Source: Octopus vulgaris
Lineage: Eukaryota
Assembly: GCA_951406725.2 (NCBI GenBank)
Contig: OX597823.1
Span: 100,378,001 to 100,442,000 of the forward strand
DNA: 64,000 bases
Direction: 5' to 3'
A model generated the notes under the pieces. It was not told the origin of the DNA and ran no database searches. It saw only the letters and a list, made by a program, of their open reading frames with translations. The position numbers and the translations under genes were made by a program. This document shows positions 1 through 13,820 of the stretch, piece after piece (positions within the stretch are counted from its first letter, which is position 1; the number at the start of each line of letters is the position of its first letter).

Positions 1-672
1 AATCCTGACTTGCAATGAATGATGTTCTAAAGGCGAAGTTTAAATCATTTTATCCAGATTTTCAATACACCTGGCACAACTTATGTGACGAGAAGAGTTG
101 GAGAGACCTATAATCCTGATTGTGTGGTGCCAACAGTGAAGCACAGTGATGGTTCCGTCATGGTATAGGGATGTATGTTCTCAGCAAGGACAGGAAAGAT
201 TTTTTGTGTGATGGAAGAATGAACTCCACAACCTACACTGCCATGCTGGATCAAGTTTTGGAGCCATTTACTCATCAATTGCTTCCAAATACACCTAAAA
301 AGGAAGTATCATTCCAAGACAATGCACCTTACCATACTTCTCGCCAAACAAAAAAATTGGTTCCAAGAAGAAGGCTTTACTCCATTGGAGTTGTTATCCC
401 TGACCTAAATCCTATTTAACATCTTTGGAAGGTGCTTAGGAAGGCAATTAGAAGCAGCACAATTATTTGAAACTAGAAGAGTATCACAACCTCATATTAT
501 CCATGTCACGATGAATTAAGGCAGTCATAAAAGCCAAATCTGATACACTAAGTATCAGATTACTGAAAAATAAAATAAATCATTTTTATACTTTTATTGT
601 CCTAATTTAACCATATACCTTAAACGTAATTAATTTTGATGGATGCTTTATACTTCTGGCCAAGGCAGTATG
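1..672 (+). mobile_element. Decayed Tc1-type DNA transposon, 3' part
   Basis: Frameshifted remnants PTVKHSDGSVMV, FQDNAPYHTS and PDLNPI*HLW, plus a Tc1-like right end (tatacttctggccaaggcagtatg) followed by TA. Confidence 0.75.
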
Positions 673-974
673 TATATCACCATCATATATACACACACAC
701 AAATTTTATATATGTGCACACACACACACACACATATATATATACATATGCACTTTAGCAGTGTAACCACATGTGCCATTGGCAAATGAAGAGCTATGCT
801 CGAAACATCAAACTCTCTCCTTTCACCAAGTGTTGACCGTTTTTATTCATTTATTTGAATTGTTTGTTTATTTGGACTATATATATATATATATATAAAA
901 CACCACCACACACACACATATATATATATATATACACACACACATATACATATATATACACACATATACATATC

Positions 975-1705
975 ATCATTTAATATCTGTATTCCATGCT
1001 AGGATGGACTGGACAGTTTGATAGAAGCTGCCCAGGTGAAAGGCTGTTCAGGCTCCATGTCTGTTTTGGCATAGTTTCTACAGCTAGATGCCTTTCCTAA
1101 CACCAACCACTTAACAGGGTGTGGACTGGGTGCTTTTATGCAGCACTGGTACATGTGCTTTTTACATGGCACCAGCATTTACAAGCCCACAAGATTAAGG
1201 ATGCTCCACTAGAAGAGAGTTGCAAGGGATGAGACTGTATATATACATACATATATACCTACGCATACATACATACATACATACATATATATATATACAC
1301 ACACACACACACATACATTGAAGACAACGTACGAGCGTTCAGCTTTTGCCAAACAACCAGCACAAATTATTTATTTTTTAGTGACCAAATGTTCGTGCCA
1401 CACATTAGCTCACTCCCTCCATCAAATCAAGGTGGCCTGAACACAAGCACAGGTGTACCACACGCCAGGTGGCATAGTGATCACATTATGAGAGTGTTTT
1501 GCTCAAGAACACAATGCACCCCAGTCTAGGAACTGAAATCACAATCTAGCAATCATGAGTGCAACACCCTAACCACAAAGCCATACACCCTTACGTATAT
1601 ACATACACGAATACATATATATACATACATACATATGTACATCCGCATGTGTGTATGTATGTGTATATATACAAATATTTATGTGTGCGTGTGTGTATGT
1701 GTGTG

Positions 1706-1742
<37 letters not shown>

Positions 1743-2020
1743 AGCCCATTTAAGAGTACCCTTCAATCACTGGACCATAAACTGTGCTTGAGAAGACCCG
1801 TTGAATCAAGTGAAATCATTGTCATGGCCAGTACTGCCTGACTGGCACATAAAAAGCACCCACTACACTGTTGGAGTGGTTGGTGTCAGGAAGGGCATCC
1901 ACCTGTAGAAACCTTGCCTGATCAGATTGAAGCCTGGTGCAGCTTTCTGGCTTACCAGTCCTCAGTCAAACCCTCCAACCCATGCCAACATGGAAAGTGG
2001 ATGTTACACGATGATGATGA
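975..2020. mobile_element. Oppositely oriented pair of RTE-tail SINE-like repeats (975-1190 minus, 1750-2020 plus)
   Basis: GGAAGGGCATCC...CCAACCCATGCCAACATGGAAAGTGGATGTT(GAT)n consensus. Further copies lie near 3745, 17600, 36160, 38650, 42760, 45755, 46890, 55540, 60612 and 62090. Confidence 0.8.
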
Positions 2021-2038
2021 TATATATATATATATGTG

Positions 2039-2080
<42 letters not shown>

Positions 2081-2721
2081 CACACACACATATACACAAA
2101 CACACACCTATGAGAGAGCTTTTGTCCATATATCATATTTTTGAAAACTTTGAAAAAGTCGCAGCATAGTGTGGTCAACATTATTAAAATGAAAAATAAG
2201 GAAATTAACAAACTTTGATAGAATATCATATTTTCTGGAGAGAAGCTGACAGAAAGGCCTATTTGACTGCTGATTGATAAAGAAAACATATTTTTCTACT
2301 TTTATGGTTTTATGAAAGCTCAACCAAAAATTAACACAAAGGAAATAATTACTTATAGAAGATGAAAGGAATGGACATTTGCTATTCTTCACATATGGAT
2401 GCAAAAATATCAAATTTCTGTCATGGCATGAAGTCTTAGATTTTCTAAAAAGGGAAATACAGAATTCCGACATTCGTAACCAATCTAATCATAAAGGAAA
2501 GCTCATACTGATAGATGAGGCAATAGTGTACAAGTAAAATATTAAAAAAGACCAGAGAAACATCTTCCAACAAGAAAAGAAGACAAATATATAAATAAAA
2601 CAAAGAAAAACTTTTATAAATATTTTTTGAATTATTTTGATTTCAGTTGGGCTCATAACCAGCTAAAACTTAAACTTAACATGTTGATGACCATGTGGGG
2701 CTAAACTGAATGAGGATTTCA

Positions 2722-2755
<34 letters not shown>

Positions 2756-3511
2756 CACATAGGTATGTATGTATGCATATAAACCTGCTAACAAAATAAA
2801 CAAACAGCCTCTTATTTGACTTTTTTGAGGGGTTTTTCTTTTTTTTGCTTGTTTGGAGGTTTTTTTTCTTTTGTTTTTTGGTGGAACTAAAATAGATGTA
2901 TCTTATGATTCAGAAAATTCTCAAAATTGCTAAAACAATTTTAACTGGAATTTCAAGCCAACAACAATTTTCTATTTATGGTTCAACTGATTCAATATTG
3001 GACTACTTCATGATCCTTGGAACCTAAAATGGAAAATATACAGATATATATTTATAAACTCACATATGTATGTATTAATCTTACACATACACAGAATGTT
3101 TCTTAAATCTCTCGATAAATATTTAATAAAATACAGATCAGGATTGATGTTTTCCTAGAAAATTGCAATCAGCAAAGGAAAAGTAATCTTCAAGAAAAGG
3201 ACCCCGCCTTTATAATTACATTTCTGGAAAAAAAAACCTTCTTTATTGTCTTTTCTAAAGACCGACATACAACAAATTGAGTGAATGCTATGAGACTTTA
3301 GGCAAATTTCTTAATTAATTAATAAGATTTTTAAATGCTTTTAAACACAAAAATAAGAGAAAAGTTTGTGCTTAAAAGTAACTAATGTATAAGTTTGTAA
3401 AACCCCTTCAAAACCGGATAAAGAATATAGTAATAAAAAAAATTGGGCAACAAATGAAAAAAACTGTAAAAAATTTTTTTAATTTATAATTTTTAAAAAG
3501 AAATGACAAAC

Positions 3512-3629
3512 CTTCAGCAAAAGGATCATATCTTTCAGGGGAAATAATCATCTGCCTACGAATAGCTCGATAGTCATCTTCTCTGTCAGCAATTCGGGCT
3601 GGCCGGTTATCAGCAAGAGGATCGTAATT
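3512..3629 (-). CDS. SF3B1: SF3B1 coding exon 4
   Basis: cag|AAT TAC GAT CCT ... GAA G|gtttgt; [39 protein letters not shown]. Confidence 0.96.
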
Positions 3630-6600
3630 CTGAAATATCAACAAAAAAAAAAATTTACAAGGAGGAAAAAGAAAGAAAAGAAAAAACTTTTATTATGCAC
3701 GGTTTCCATCCTCATCGTTTTAATATGCATTTTTCGCCAAACCAAGTGAAATCATTGTTCAAGCCAGTGCATATAACACTAGAAAGATACCCACTACACT
3801 CTTGGAGTGGTTCGCATTAGGAAGGGCATCCAGCTGCAGAAACCAAGCTAAGCCAGACTGGAGTCTGGTACAGTTCTCCAGCTTACCAGTTCCAGACAAA
3901 CCGCGTAACCCATGCCAGCACAGAAAATGGAGAGAATTTGCTGAGGTAGATTTTTCTACAATTGGATGCCCCACCTGTCACTAACTTTCACTAGTTTCTA
4001 AGCAAGGTAATTAACAGGTGTTCAATCCTGGCTAGGTTTCACACAAATCAGCCAAATGTTTTGTTTACCAATTTCTATATCAGACCAAATACTTGTTGGC
4101 TTAGCTCAGAACATCAGGAATATTTATCACCAAGGAGCCCAAACCAGGTTGGAACATCATGTCTGACAATCAACCAGCATTCTGAGCAAATCCAGGAGCT
4201 TTTTTAACACAGAAGTCTCTTTGAGAAGTTTTTTTCTATGCAACAAAATATTACATGATACCATTCCACATTTGTATAGACATTACGTTATATACAGAGC
4301 AATATATTTTAATCTAAGGCTGCTTCAAGTGCATGTATTAATTTTTAAAGAGTTCTGTTAATTGCAATGTTTCCTTATTTGCTATGTTTACAAAAATCTA
4401 TGGCTTACTGCCCTATATAATAGCTATTCAAATCATACTGACAATTAACATGTAGAGTGTCTTGCTAAATAGTTAAAAAGGTCATAATGTTAAAAGGATT
4501 AAAGAGTTTTTTTCTGTCTTCAACCATCACCTCTTTCAAAGTCCTCACTCCGTTATCTTGGACTACATCCAAAAATAATGACCACCCAACTAACTGGCAT
4601 GGGGTTACTCATAAATAGATGAATATACAATTGAGGTATTGTTTTACAGTAAGATGCCCTTCCCATAATTAATCCTTGCCTGCTTTTTAAGTAAGGGATT
4701 TCTTATTCCCCAAAGTGTCAAAGGTACAAAGGGAGCAGATGATTTGTTGACAAGAAAACTGACAACACCTCGCACCCATGTACAGCAACTTTCATACAGC
4801 AAGACATAGACAAACATACACACCTAATAGTCTTTTTCAGTTTCTGTCTACCAAGTCCTCTTTCAAGGATTTGCTCAGCCTAGGGTTATAGTAGCAGACA
4901 CTTGCTTAAGGTAGACTATGGCAAAACTGAACCTGAAGCCACATGGTTGGAAAGCAAACTTTTTAAGCACATAGCCCTACCTGAACCTATATCCAATGAA
5001 CCTATATCCTATATCTAACATGGTGTTTTGGGCATTTGGCAATAAACAACCTACTTAGTGAATATGAACAATATTTCTATGATAATGCTCATATGCATGT
5101 ATGCACATTATCACAGGCTAACATAGGTGAGTGAGATTGCTCTGCAATTAGGATCTATAAAGTGAATTGGTACAACAAGTAACTTTACTGAATACAATTT
5201 AACTACATCAAGTCCTGGGTATGATTTGAAGCTGCATTTGGTAGTGGGGCCCTTGTTTGGGAGTTCTAGGGTTTTGAAGAGTATAGAACCACCTTTTAGC
5301 TACCATTGTTTGCAGGTCTACTCTGACCCAGAGTAATAACACCTGTCAGGGTCCCAACTACAGGTTAATTAGCTCCAGAATAAGATCACTCACAGACATC
5401 CCAATGGATGCAGGGTAGCTTAAAAAAAAAATCAAAACATAAGAACACAGACATGAAATGTACATCTTACCTTGTCATTTAATGTGTCATTCAATAAATT
5501 CAATGGTGCGGTGAATGATGATTTCTTAGAATAAGATGGCTCCTCTTCCTCGTCCTATAAAGACAAAAACATATATTGTTTGTTTAACCATGAAGAAAGC
5601 TGCAGCGACAATCATCTACATCATCAAGAATGGAATGAGAGAAATAGCCAAGTCAATAAACAAAATAAGTGGTACCTCAGCATTCCAAATTGAAATCTTG
5701 GTAATTAGCCTTTCATTTGTTTAGGATCGGTGAAAGAAGTACCAGAGAGATTCTTGGGTTGAAAGGAACACACTTCGAAGCAGTGTTGTCTACAAAGGAC
5801 AGCTTACTTAATGCTGGTTGTGTGTTCTTTTATGCTTGCTAGTTAATTGCCTTTACCTAAACAGATCCCAAAACTGAAATGCAGAGTGACAGGACAAACA
5901 CTGTAAAGCAGAACTCAAGAAGTCTGAACCAAGGGAATTGTAACCAACAAAGAATCAGTTTTATTGATGCTGCTAAGCTCTTCCTCACCATTTCTGTCAT
6001 GCTAACGATGCACGCACTCAACCCACACAATCACAGCTTTTGTTCTGAGAATGTGTATTGATAAGATCAATTTCTACTGAACAATAAATGGTTAATTTAA
6101 CAACCTGTTCACTGATTAGAAAAAGATACCATTTATTAAGTTTTTTCAAGTTGAAAACAGAACAACAAATCTCTTTCTACTCACATCTTGATCTTCATTT
6201 GGAGCAATGGATGTAACATAACCTTCAAATTTACTTGAAGAAGATCCATAGATATCCGTGTCAAAATGGCCTTCAGCACCAAGACCAACACGTTCTCCAT
6301 TATCTTGAAACAATGTATTCTTTTTTTGTTGAATAGTTCGAACTTGTTCTTCAATATCTGCAATGAATAGTGATAAATAAGGTTTAACAAAACTGACAAC
6401 TATACCCTTTACATTTACTTTTCAACAAGGTTTACTAATACAGAATCTGACACAGGCACTTAACATCATTTATTATTCCACTTTTCTATGCTAGCACACA
6501 CACTGGACAAGTTGTTGTTATCCAGTTACTGTCTTCTTTGGTAGTTTCATCACTTCTCACTCCTATCTTCCAGTTTGGACAATTTCCTATTACCAACCAC

Positions 6601-9600
6601 TTAACTGAATAAAGTGGGTTCACTTTATTATGGCACCAGCACTAGAAATTGGCTTGCTACTCAGCAAGATTAAAGAGATATCTTTATTCTCATTTCCATT
6701 CATTCATTGGAAGCTGTGAAATTGTCTCACTCCAAGGGACACCCCCCCCCCCACTGTTCTTTCAGTTATAACCATTCCTTCATTCATTTCCATACTACTG
6801 AATGAGATGAGATCCAGAGTAATAGAGTTATAAAAGAGAAAGAAGGTGATAGATAAATATAGATATGTGTATTTGTGTGTATATTTAAATCTTACATATG
6901 TCTGCATATGTATGTATCTATGTATATCCATCTGTGTATTTGGATGTATATGTATATTGATGGTTTAGTATGCATATATACTGTTGTAACATATTTATGT
7001 TATGCAGCATGAAAATTTTAATTTTAATTTTTTAATGTATTAATTGTATTAATCGAATTATATTTCATATATAATTATTTGCAATACGTATTTTGAATCC
7101 GTTCTTCGATTTAAGGTTTTTCCTTGATTTTTATAATAGGATGAATTTATATTGAATTCATTTATTTTGTTCATTGCATGCTCAAGACTGCTAATGGAAA
7201 GGACCGATGAAACAAATCCATTTTTAAAGGTGTATCCTTTAACTAGTTTTGATCATATCAGTATTTCTGTTCTATTTTAACAAATCTGTCCGACAAACGG
7301 GAACATGAAACTCTGAGTAACAGCTTTTGTTATATTTGTGCTGCTTTTAAATAAAGGATATCACTCTACCTCTGGTATTACTCTTCTTTTCCACCTTGTT
7401 TCACATTTATGTGCTTACTCCAGTGTGCATATGTATGTATGTGTGTGTATATATATAAATATATATTATATATATACACACACATACATAGACATACATA
7501 TACACATACATATGACTATGTAACCTACAGCTTCTGTACCTCTAACCGTTTGTCAAGTTTATCCCTCTACTTAAACTGCAGTTATGCCACTAGGTATCTG
7601 TAACCAACAAAAGATTGCATGTTTGTAAATGTATTTGTGTGCCATGTATTTGGTGTCAATCAACTACAAAAACCTTCACCATCTTTACCATAATCCTATC
7701 ACTGCTTGTCAATTTCAATATTCCTCTGTTGACTTGTCACATGAATTTTATAAACTTCTGCAAAAATGTGAATTCTTTTTTGGAACATTGGTTCTTGAAA
7801 CACATAAAGCTGTAAATAATAGCATGTAAACATTGGGTCAAGAAATAGCTTTTCAATAGAAAAATCTGAAGGCAGCCCTCAAATCTTTCTAATCAAAAGG
7901 GTTTTACAACTCGGTATTTCTCTTGACTGGAGAAATCAACCACCTAACATTTATATTGTTTATTATTATACAGAGATTAGTTTGAACATTTAATAATTTC
8001 ATGTCCAGCTTCTCACTTACAAAAATAGATTTTGGCAATATTCTTGATGGTCTTTCTTACTAAACTCTATAAACTGTTGTATTTATTTAAAATATTAGGT
8101 TGTCAAGAAAGTTCTTGCAGAATTTATAATTTTGGTTTTATTTTCGTTAAATTACTTTGACTTTATCATTTTAAAGCCCGTTTTTCGCTCTATCTAATCA
8201 TGTTACTCTTTTTCTTTTTGAATAATTAGGCCATTTTTCCAGAACATTGGACAAAAAGCACAATTTTCTTATTCCAGTTCAAGCTAGGCCGAAAAGCTGC
8301 TAGGCGAAACCATTACGGCGGAGAAGTACTGTCAACATATGGATGAAATACATAAGAAACTCCAACAACAACAGCCAAAAGGACCAATTCTTCTCCGCGA
8401 TAATGCTCAGCTGCACGCCGCACAACTGACCCTGCAGAAGTTGAACGAATCGGGCTACAAAACTCTGCCTCATCCGCCATACTCACCAGACCTCTTACCT
8501 ACCGATTACCACTTTTTCAAGCATCTCGATAACTTCCTGTGTGAGAAATGTTTCAAGAACAAAGACGATGCCAAACACACCTTCAACGACTTCATCGCCA
8601 CCAGAACGCAGCATTTTTATGCTACTGGCATAAATAAACTTGTTTCATGTTGGCAAAAGTGTGTTGATTCTGATGTTGTTTATTTCGATTAATAAAGTTT
8701 TGTTTGCGCCGAGATATGTGCATCTGAATTTAAAGGTTAAAAACTGCAAGAACTTTCTTGACAACCTAATAGAAGTAGAACCAGACATAGTAGCTGTGTT
8801 TAATAACAGGGAATTTATCAAAATGGAACTGATCTAATCTACAAATCTATAAATGGAATTGTTGCAGTTATATCAAATGACCATAAGAAATAGTTCATGA
8901 AGAAGTATACAAAAAAAAATCTGACAACCCTGTAGATAGCAAAAGAAGTCTGTGCTTGATCCCCCCCCCCCCCCAACATTGCTTGACAAAAGAGACTGAT
9001 AGAATAAGTCCTGGGGTTGATTTGCTTGACTCAAGGCGGTGCTCCAGCATGGCCACAGTCAAATGACAAACAAGTAAAGGAGTAAAGAGAGTATTCAATC
9101 ATGTACCATCTCACACAGACAAACACAAAAACCATGTAGTTATGAAATCAATTAAACGACTTTGTACTTGGTCCTTTGATATAAAGTTGACCATGGTATG
9201 ATATGCCATTAGCTGTATAATCTCAGCATAGTCAGAAAAACTTGGAGCATGGCTATCCTAGAAGATAGAAGTCAGGTAGTGGTGGGCCAACGAGACTACC
9301 TCCTAGGAAATGCAAATAATGAGTGATATCCCAGAAGGCACTGTTTTGGAGCCACTGCTATTCATAGAGGCCCTTTCAGACATGCCCTCAGCTGCTCAGA
9401 TAACTACCTTCGCTAGCTATGCAGAAGATGGAAAAGTCTCTGAGGATACAGAACCTTGGAGATGTACACTGCAAATTGGTCTACTGCTCCCAACTATGGT
9501 CCCTACAGATGTGTGTAACACATCTGAAGCAATCCAGTACCAATTCACAAAGAAGATTGACTCAATGCAAAAGATGGGCTACTGAGAGAGGCTAATGGAG

Positions 9601-12600
9601 CTCAGTCTCTATTCCCTGGAGAGAAGATGAGAGAGATATGCGGTGATATATATTTGGAAGATCGTGGAGGGTTCAGCTCACAATATTTGGAATTAACTGT
9701 TATACCAATCCTTGAACTGGACAGTACTGCATCATATCAAAGACACCATCTTCCCCCACCTAAAATAAGGACACAGTACAGCAATAGTCTTGTTTTCAAG
9801 GACCCGCAATTGTTCAACATCATTACAGGTAACCTTGGATATCTATATGATGTTGATGTGGAAGTTTTCAAGGAACATCTGGACAGATTCATGTCTGAGA
9901 TGCCAGATGAAACCACATCAAGGCAGAAGACACAAAGTAGAGCAGCTCTGTCCAACTCGCTACTTCACCAAAAGCGATATTGGAAACAATACCAAGTAAC
10001 TACAGATACTGCACCAGCAGGACCTCAGCTCTGGGCTGAAACAAGTAAAAGATATATATATATAAATAAAAACTTACTTGGAGAAGAGAAAACAACGCGT
10101 GCGTTCAGTCATATAATAACAATTTAATAAATAAAACATAAGCATATATACATACATATATGTACATACCTAGTTAGTTAGTTAGTTAGTTAATTTATGG
10201 CTCAAAAAGCAAAAAGCAAGGCCATGGAGTTATGTGGTGTTCATGTAAAGAGTTCAGGCCATTTCTGAGCAGTTGTCGGCATCTTCACCATCTCATCCGG
10301 CAGCTTATTCCAAGGATCCGCAACCCGGACGGAGAAAGCCCCTCTCCTTCGATTAAGATGAAATCGTCGCAGATAGAGCTTTTCGGAGTGACTCCACAGC
10401 CGACGCCCTGGAGCAGGAGTGAAGAACAGCTCTTTCGAGAGGTTACACTTTCCGCTTATGATGTTGTGAGCAAGAATGAAATCACCACAGTGTCGTCGTT
10501 TTTCTAGAGAATAAAGGTCGAGCGTCTTCAGCCTTTCTTCATAAGACAAATTCTTGAGACCAAGAACCATGCGGGTAGCCAGCTTCTGGACTCTTTCGAG
10601 ATGTTGTATGTCTTTGAGGAAATAAGGAGAAGAGGCTTGAATCCCGTACTCCAATATGGGTCTCACCAGCGTGACATAAAGCGGTAGGAATATGGCCGCT
10701 GTGAGCATTCCGAATGACCGTCGAATGAAGAACAGAACTCTGCGTGCTTTGTTGGCAGCATGGACGCACTGGGCCAAAGGCGAAAAGGAAGAATCCACCA
10801 AGATACCCAGGTCCTTTACCTGGTTGGTCCTCTCCAGCAACAGACGACCCGGCTCGAAATCAAGTTGAGTTGCAGGAAGAGAGCCAACAGGCAGACGACA
10901 GCACTTTGACACATTCAGACACAGGTCCCATTCGTTAGACCATCTCCAAATTTGGTGGAGGCATCAACGAAGATCCTCTATATCACCACGAGGAGCGACC
11001 AGTTTGACATCGTTGGCAAATAGAAGGGTGTGTTGCGTGAGGTCGTCGAGCAAGTCATTTATAAAGACTAAGAACAATAAGGGCCCAAGCACTGAACCTT
11101 GAGGCACGCCACTGCTCGCACTGGAGACGTCGGACAGTGAACCATTAACTTGGACTTGGAAGGAGCGATCTGAGCGGAAGGCACCAACCCATCGTACAAT
11201 ATCCGGATGAAAACTATATGCTTGAAGCTTGACAAGTAATAGGTGGTGGTTTACCAAGTCAAAAGCTTTGGCAAAGTCCAATAAAACGATGTCAACAGCA
11301 TCACCATCATCGAGGATGCGCGTCACCAATTCTTCCATTACCAGTAAGTTGGTCAAGCATGATCTCTTCGGCACGAAGCTGTGTTGGGAATCAGAGATAG
11401 AGGCTGTGTTTTGGAGGTGGAGCATCATACTTTTCTTAAGGATGGTTTCGAACATCTTGCTGATTATTGAAGTAAGGGAAACCGGTTGGTAGTTAAGTGG
11501 GTCTTCGCGGCTCCCTTTCTTGCAAATTGGGCAGATTATCGCTGTTCTCCAGTCCGCAGGTATAACACCCGTCGCCAATGACATATTGAATAGACGTGTT
11601 AAAGGCTCGCAGATGACCAGAACTAACGCTTTGATAACCCATGTATGCTGTCAGGGCCGTGACCCTTGTTGACATCGAGGCCTTGAATAACGCGTTCTAC
11701 TTCGTTCCGCGTGATGACCAATCGAAGCATTGGAGGTACCGATCTATCAAATAGAGGGGGTTCACGACCATCATCTTGTTTGAAAATAGTTGAAAAAGCC
11801 TCAGCAAATAATTGACTGTTGATAAGGGTCCTCAATCGATACGCCTGTTGAGTCTACCAACGTTGCAATTTGGTTGTTCAAGTGGGAATTCCGTTGGACA
11901 TGGGCAAAGAAGGTTTTTGGATTGCGACTGGCGTTTGCCGCAATTCTGTATTCATATCTGTAGCGTTCTTCCTTTTCAATTTTCACGGCTCGGTCTCGTT
12001 GAGTTTTGTACACCTCAAAAGCTGCAGTCGAATCTAGATTTTTGAATTCAGCCCAAGCAATATCTCTGAGTATCTGAAGAGGGCATAGACCTGTAGGTGG
12101 ATTTCCGAGTCCTTTACTGCTGGAGTCAGCCAAGTCTCAGTGATATCTATCACATCAGGGGAATAACGCATGGCCAGTGTAAATAGTTCGCTGAACTTTG
12201 GAAAAAAGGAGCATGAGTTGGTATAGACGATGCTGAGCTGTGAAGTTTGAGGGGCGGGAATTGGGGAACAAGCAGAATAAGGGGTATCAGAGATAGCATC
12301 GTTGTCGGGGGTATCTACTTTACTTCGATTTGCCCTCGATTCACTTTCCCTGTCAGCACTACAGCATGCGACCTGAGGTAGGACTTGATTATTTGTCCAT
12401 TTGGGATGCATAAACCTTTATCACCCATCTGTTTTCTCATCTTCAGTTCGGATATTAAGTTTCTCCGGCGAATTCTCTCTCTCAGTGAGTATTCCTCACA
12501 AAAACCCATATTGGGGTCCTCCCAGGCATGCATCTGAGCTCTGTTCAGAAAGGTTGAAGCCTCCTGATCGGAAGAAAAGATTACATCTATATGTATATAT

Positions 12601-12748
12601 ACATCCATATATGAGTACAGGACACCACAAATAAACGTAGAACACAACGAGAAACGAAAACATAAAATCAAACGAAAAAACAGAGTACAGGACAAACAAT
12701 ACAAGGAAAACTCTCCTTCATCAGCTGCCCCTGGTTCGACTCAATGCG

Positions 12749-12780
<32 letters not shown>

Positions 12781-12816
12781 CATATATACCTACATACATT
12801 CATATATACATGTGTG

Positions 12817-12871
<55 letters not shown>

Positions 12872-13451
12872 ATACCTACATAAGTATACATATACATACA
12901 TTATATATATTATCATCATCATCGTCGTTTAACGTCTGCTTTCCATGCTAGCATGGGTTGGACGGTTTGACTGTGGGCTGGCGAACCAGATGGCTGCACT
13001 AAGCTCCAGTCTTGATATGACAGAGTTTCTACTGCTGGATGCCCTTCCTGACGCCAACCACTCTGAGAATGTAGTGGGTGCTTTTACGTGCCACCGACAC
13101 GGGGCCAGTCCGGCGGTACTGGCAATGATCACGCTTAGATGGTGCTCTTAGCACCCTACTAGCATGGGACACAAGTGCCAGTAAGGCGAGGCTGGCAACA
13201 ATCACGCTCGTATGGTGCTCATGCCGGTCATCAAATTTCACTTTGATTTTGATTTCGGTTTCAATTTCACTTGCCTCAGCAGGTCTTCGCAAGCAGAGAT
13301 TAGTGTTCAAAGAAGGAAAAGATACGCACAAGTGGGCTGGTTACACCCCTGGCACAGGCAAACGAGGTTATATATATATACATACATATATATATATACA
13401 TATATATACATACACACACAGATATATATATATATATATACACACACACAG

Positions 13452-13514
<63 letters not shown>

Positions 13515-13539
13515 TATATATATACACACACACACACAC

Positions 13540-13614
<75 letters not shown>

Positions 13615-13765
13615 CACACACACACACACATATATATATATACACACACACACATATATATATATACACACACACACATATATATATATATACACACACA
13701 CATATATATATATATACACACACACACATATATATATATATACACACACACACATATATATATAT

Positions 13766-13820
<55 letters not shown>

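Noticed and set aside
2642-2710. Hairpin or snoRNA in SF3B1 intron 4
   Set aside because: Pairing relies on G-U pairs on the non-transcribed strand, and there is no properly arranged C/D or H/ACA box set on the host strand.
8339-8692. Domesticated SETMAR-like gene
   Set aside because: Only the C-terminal transposase third is present, between intact TIRs, and there is no SET domain.
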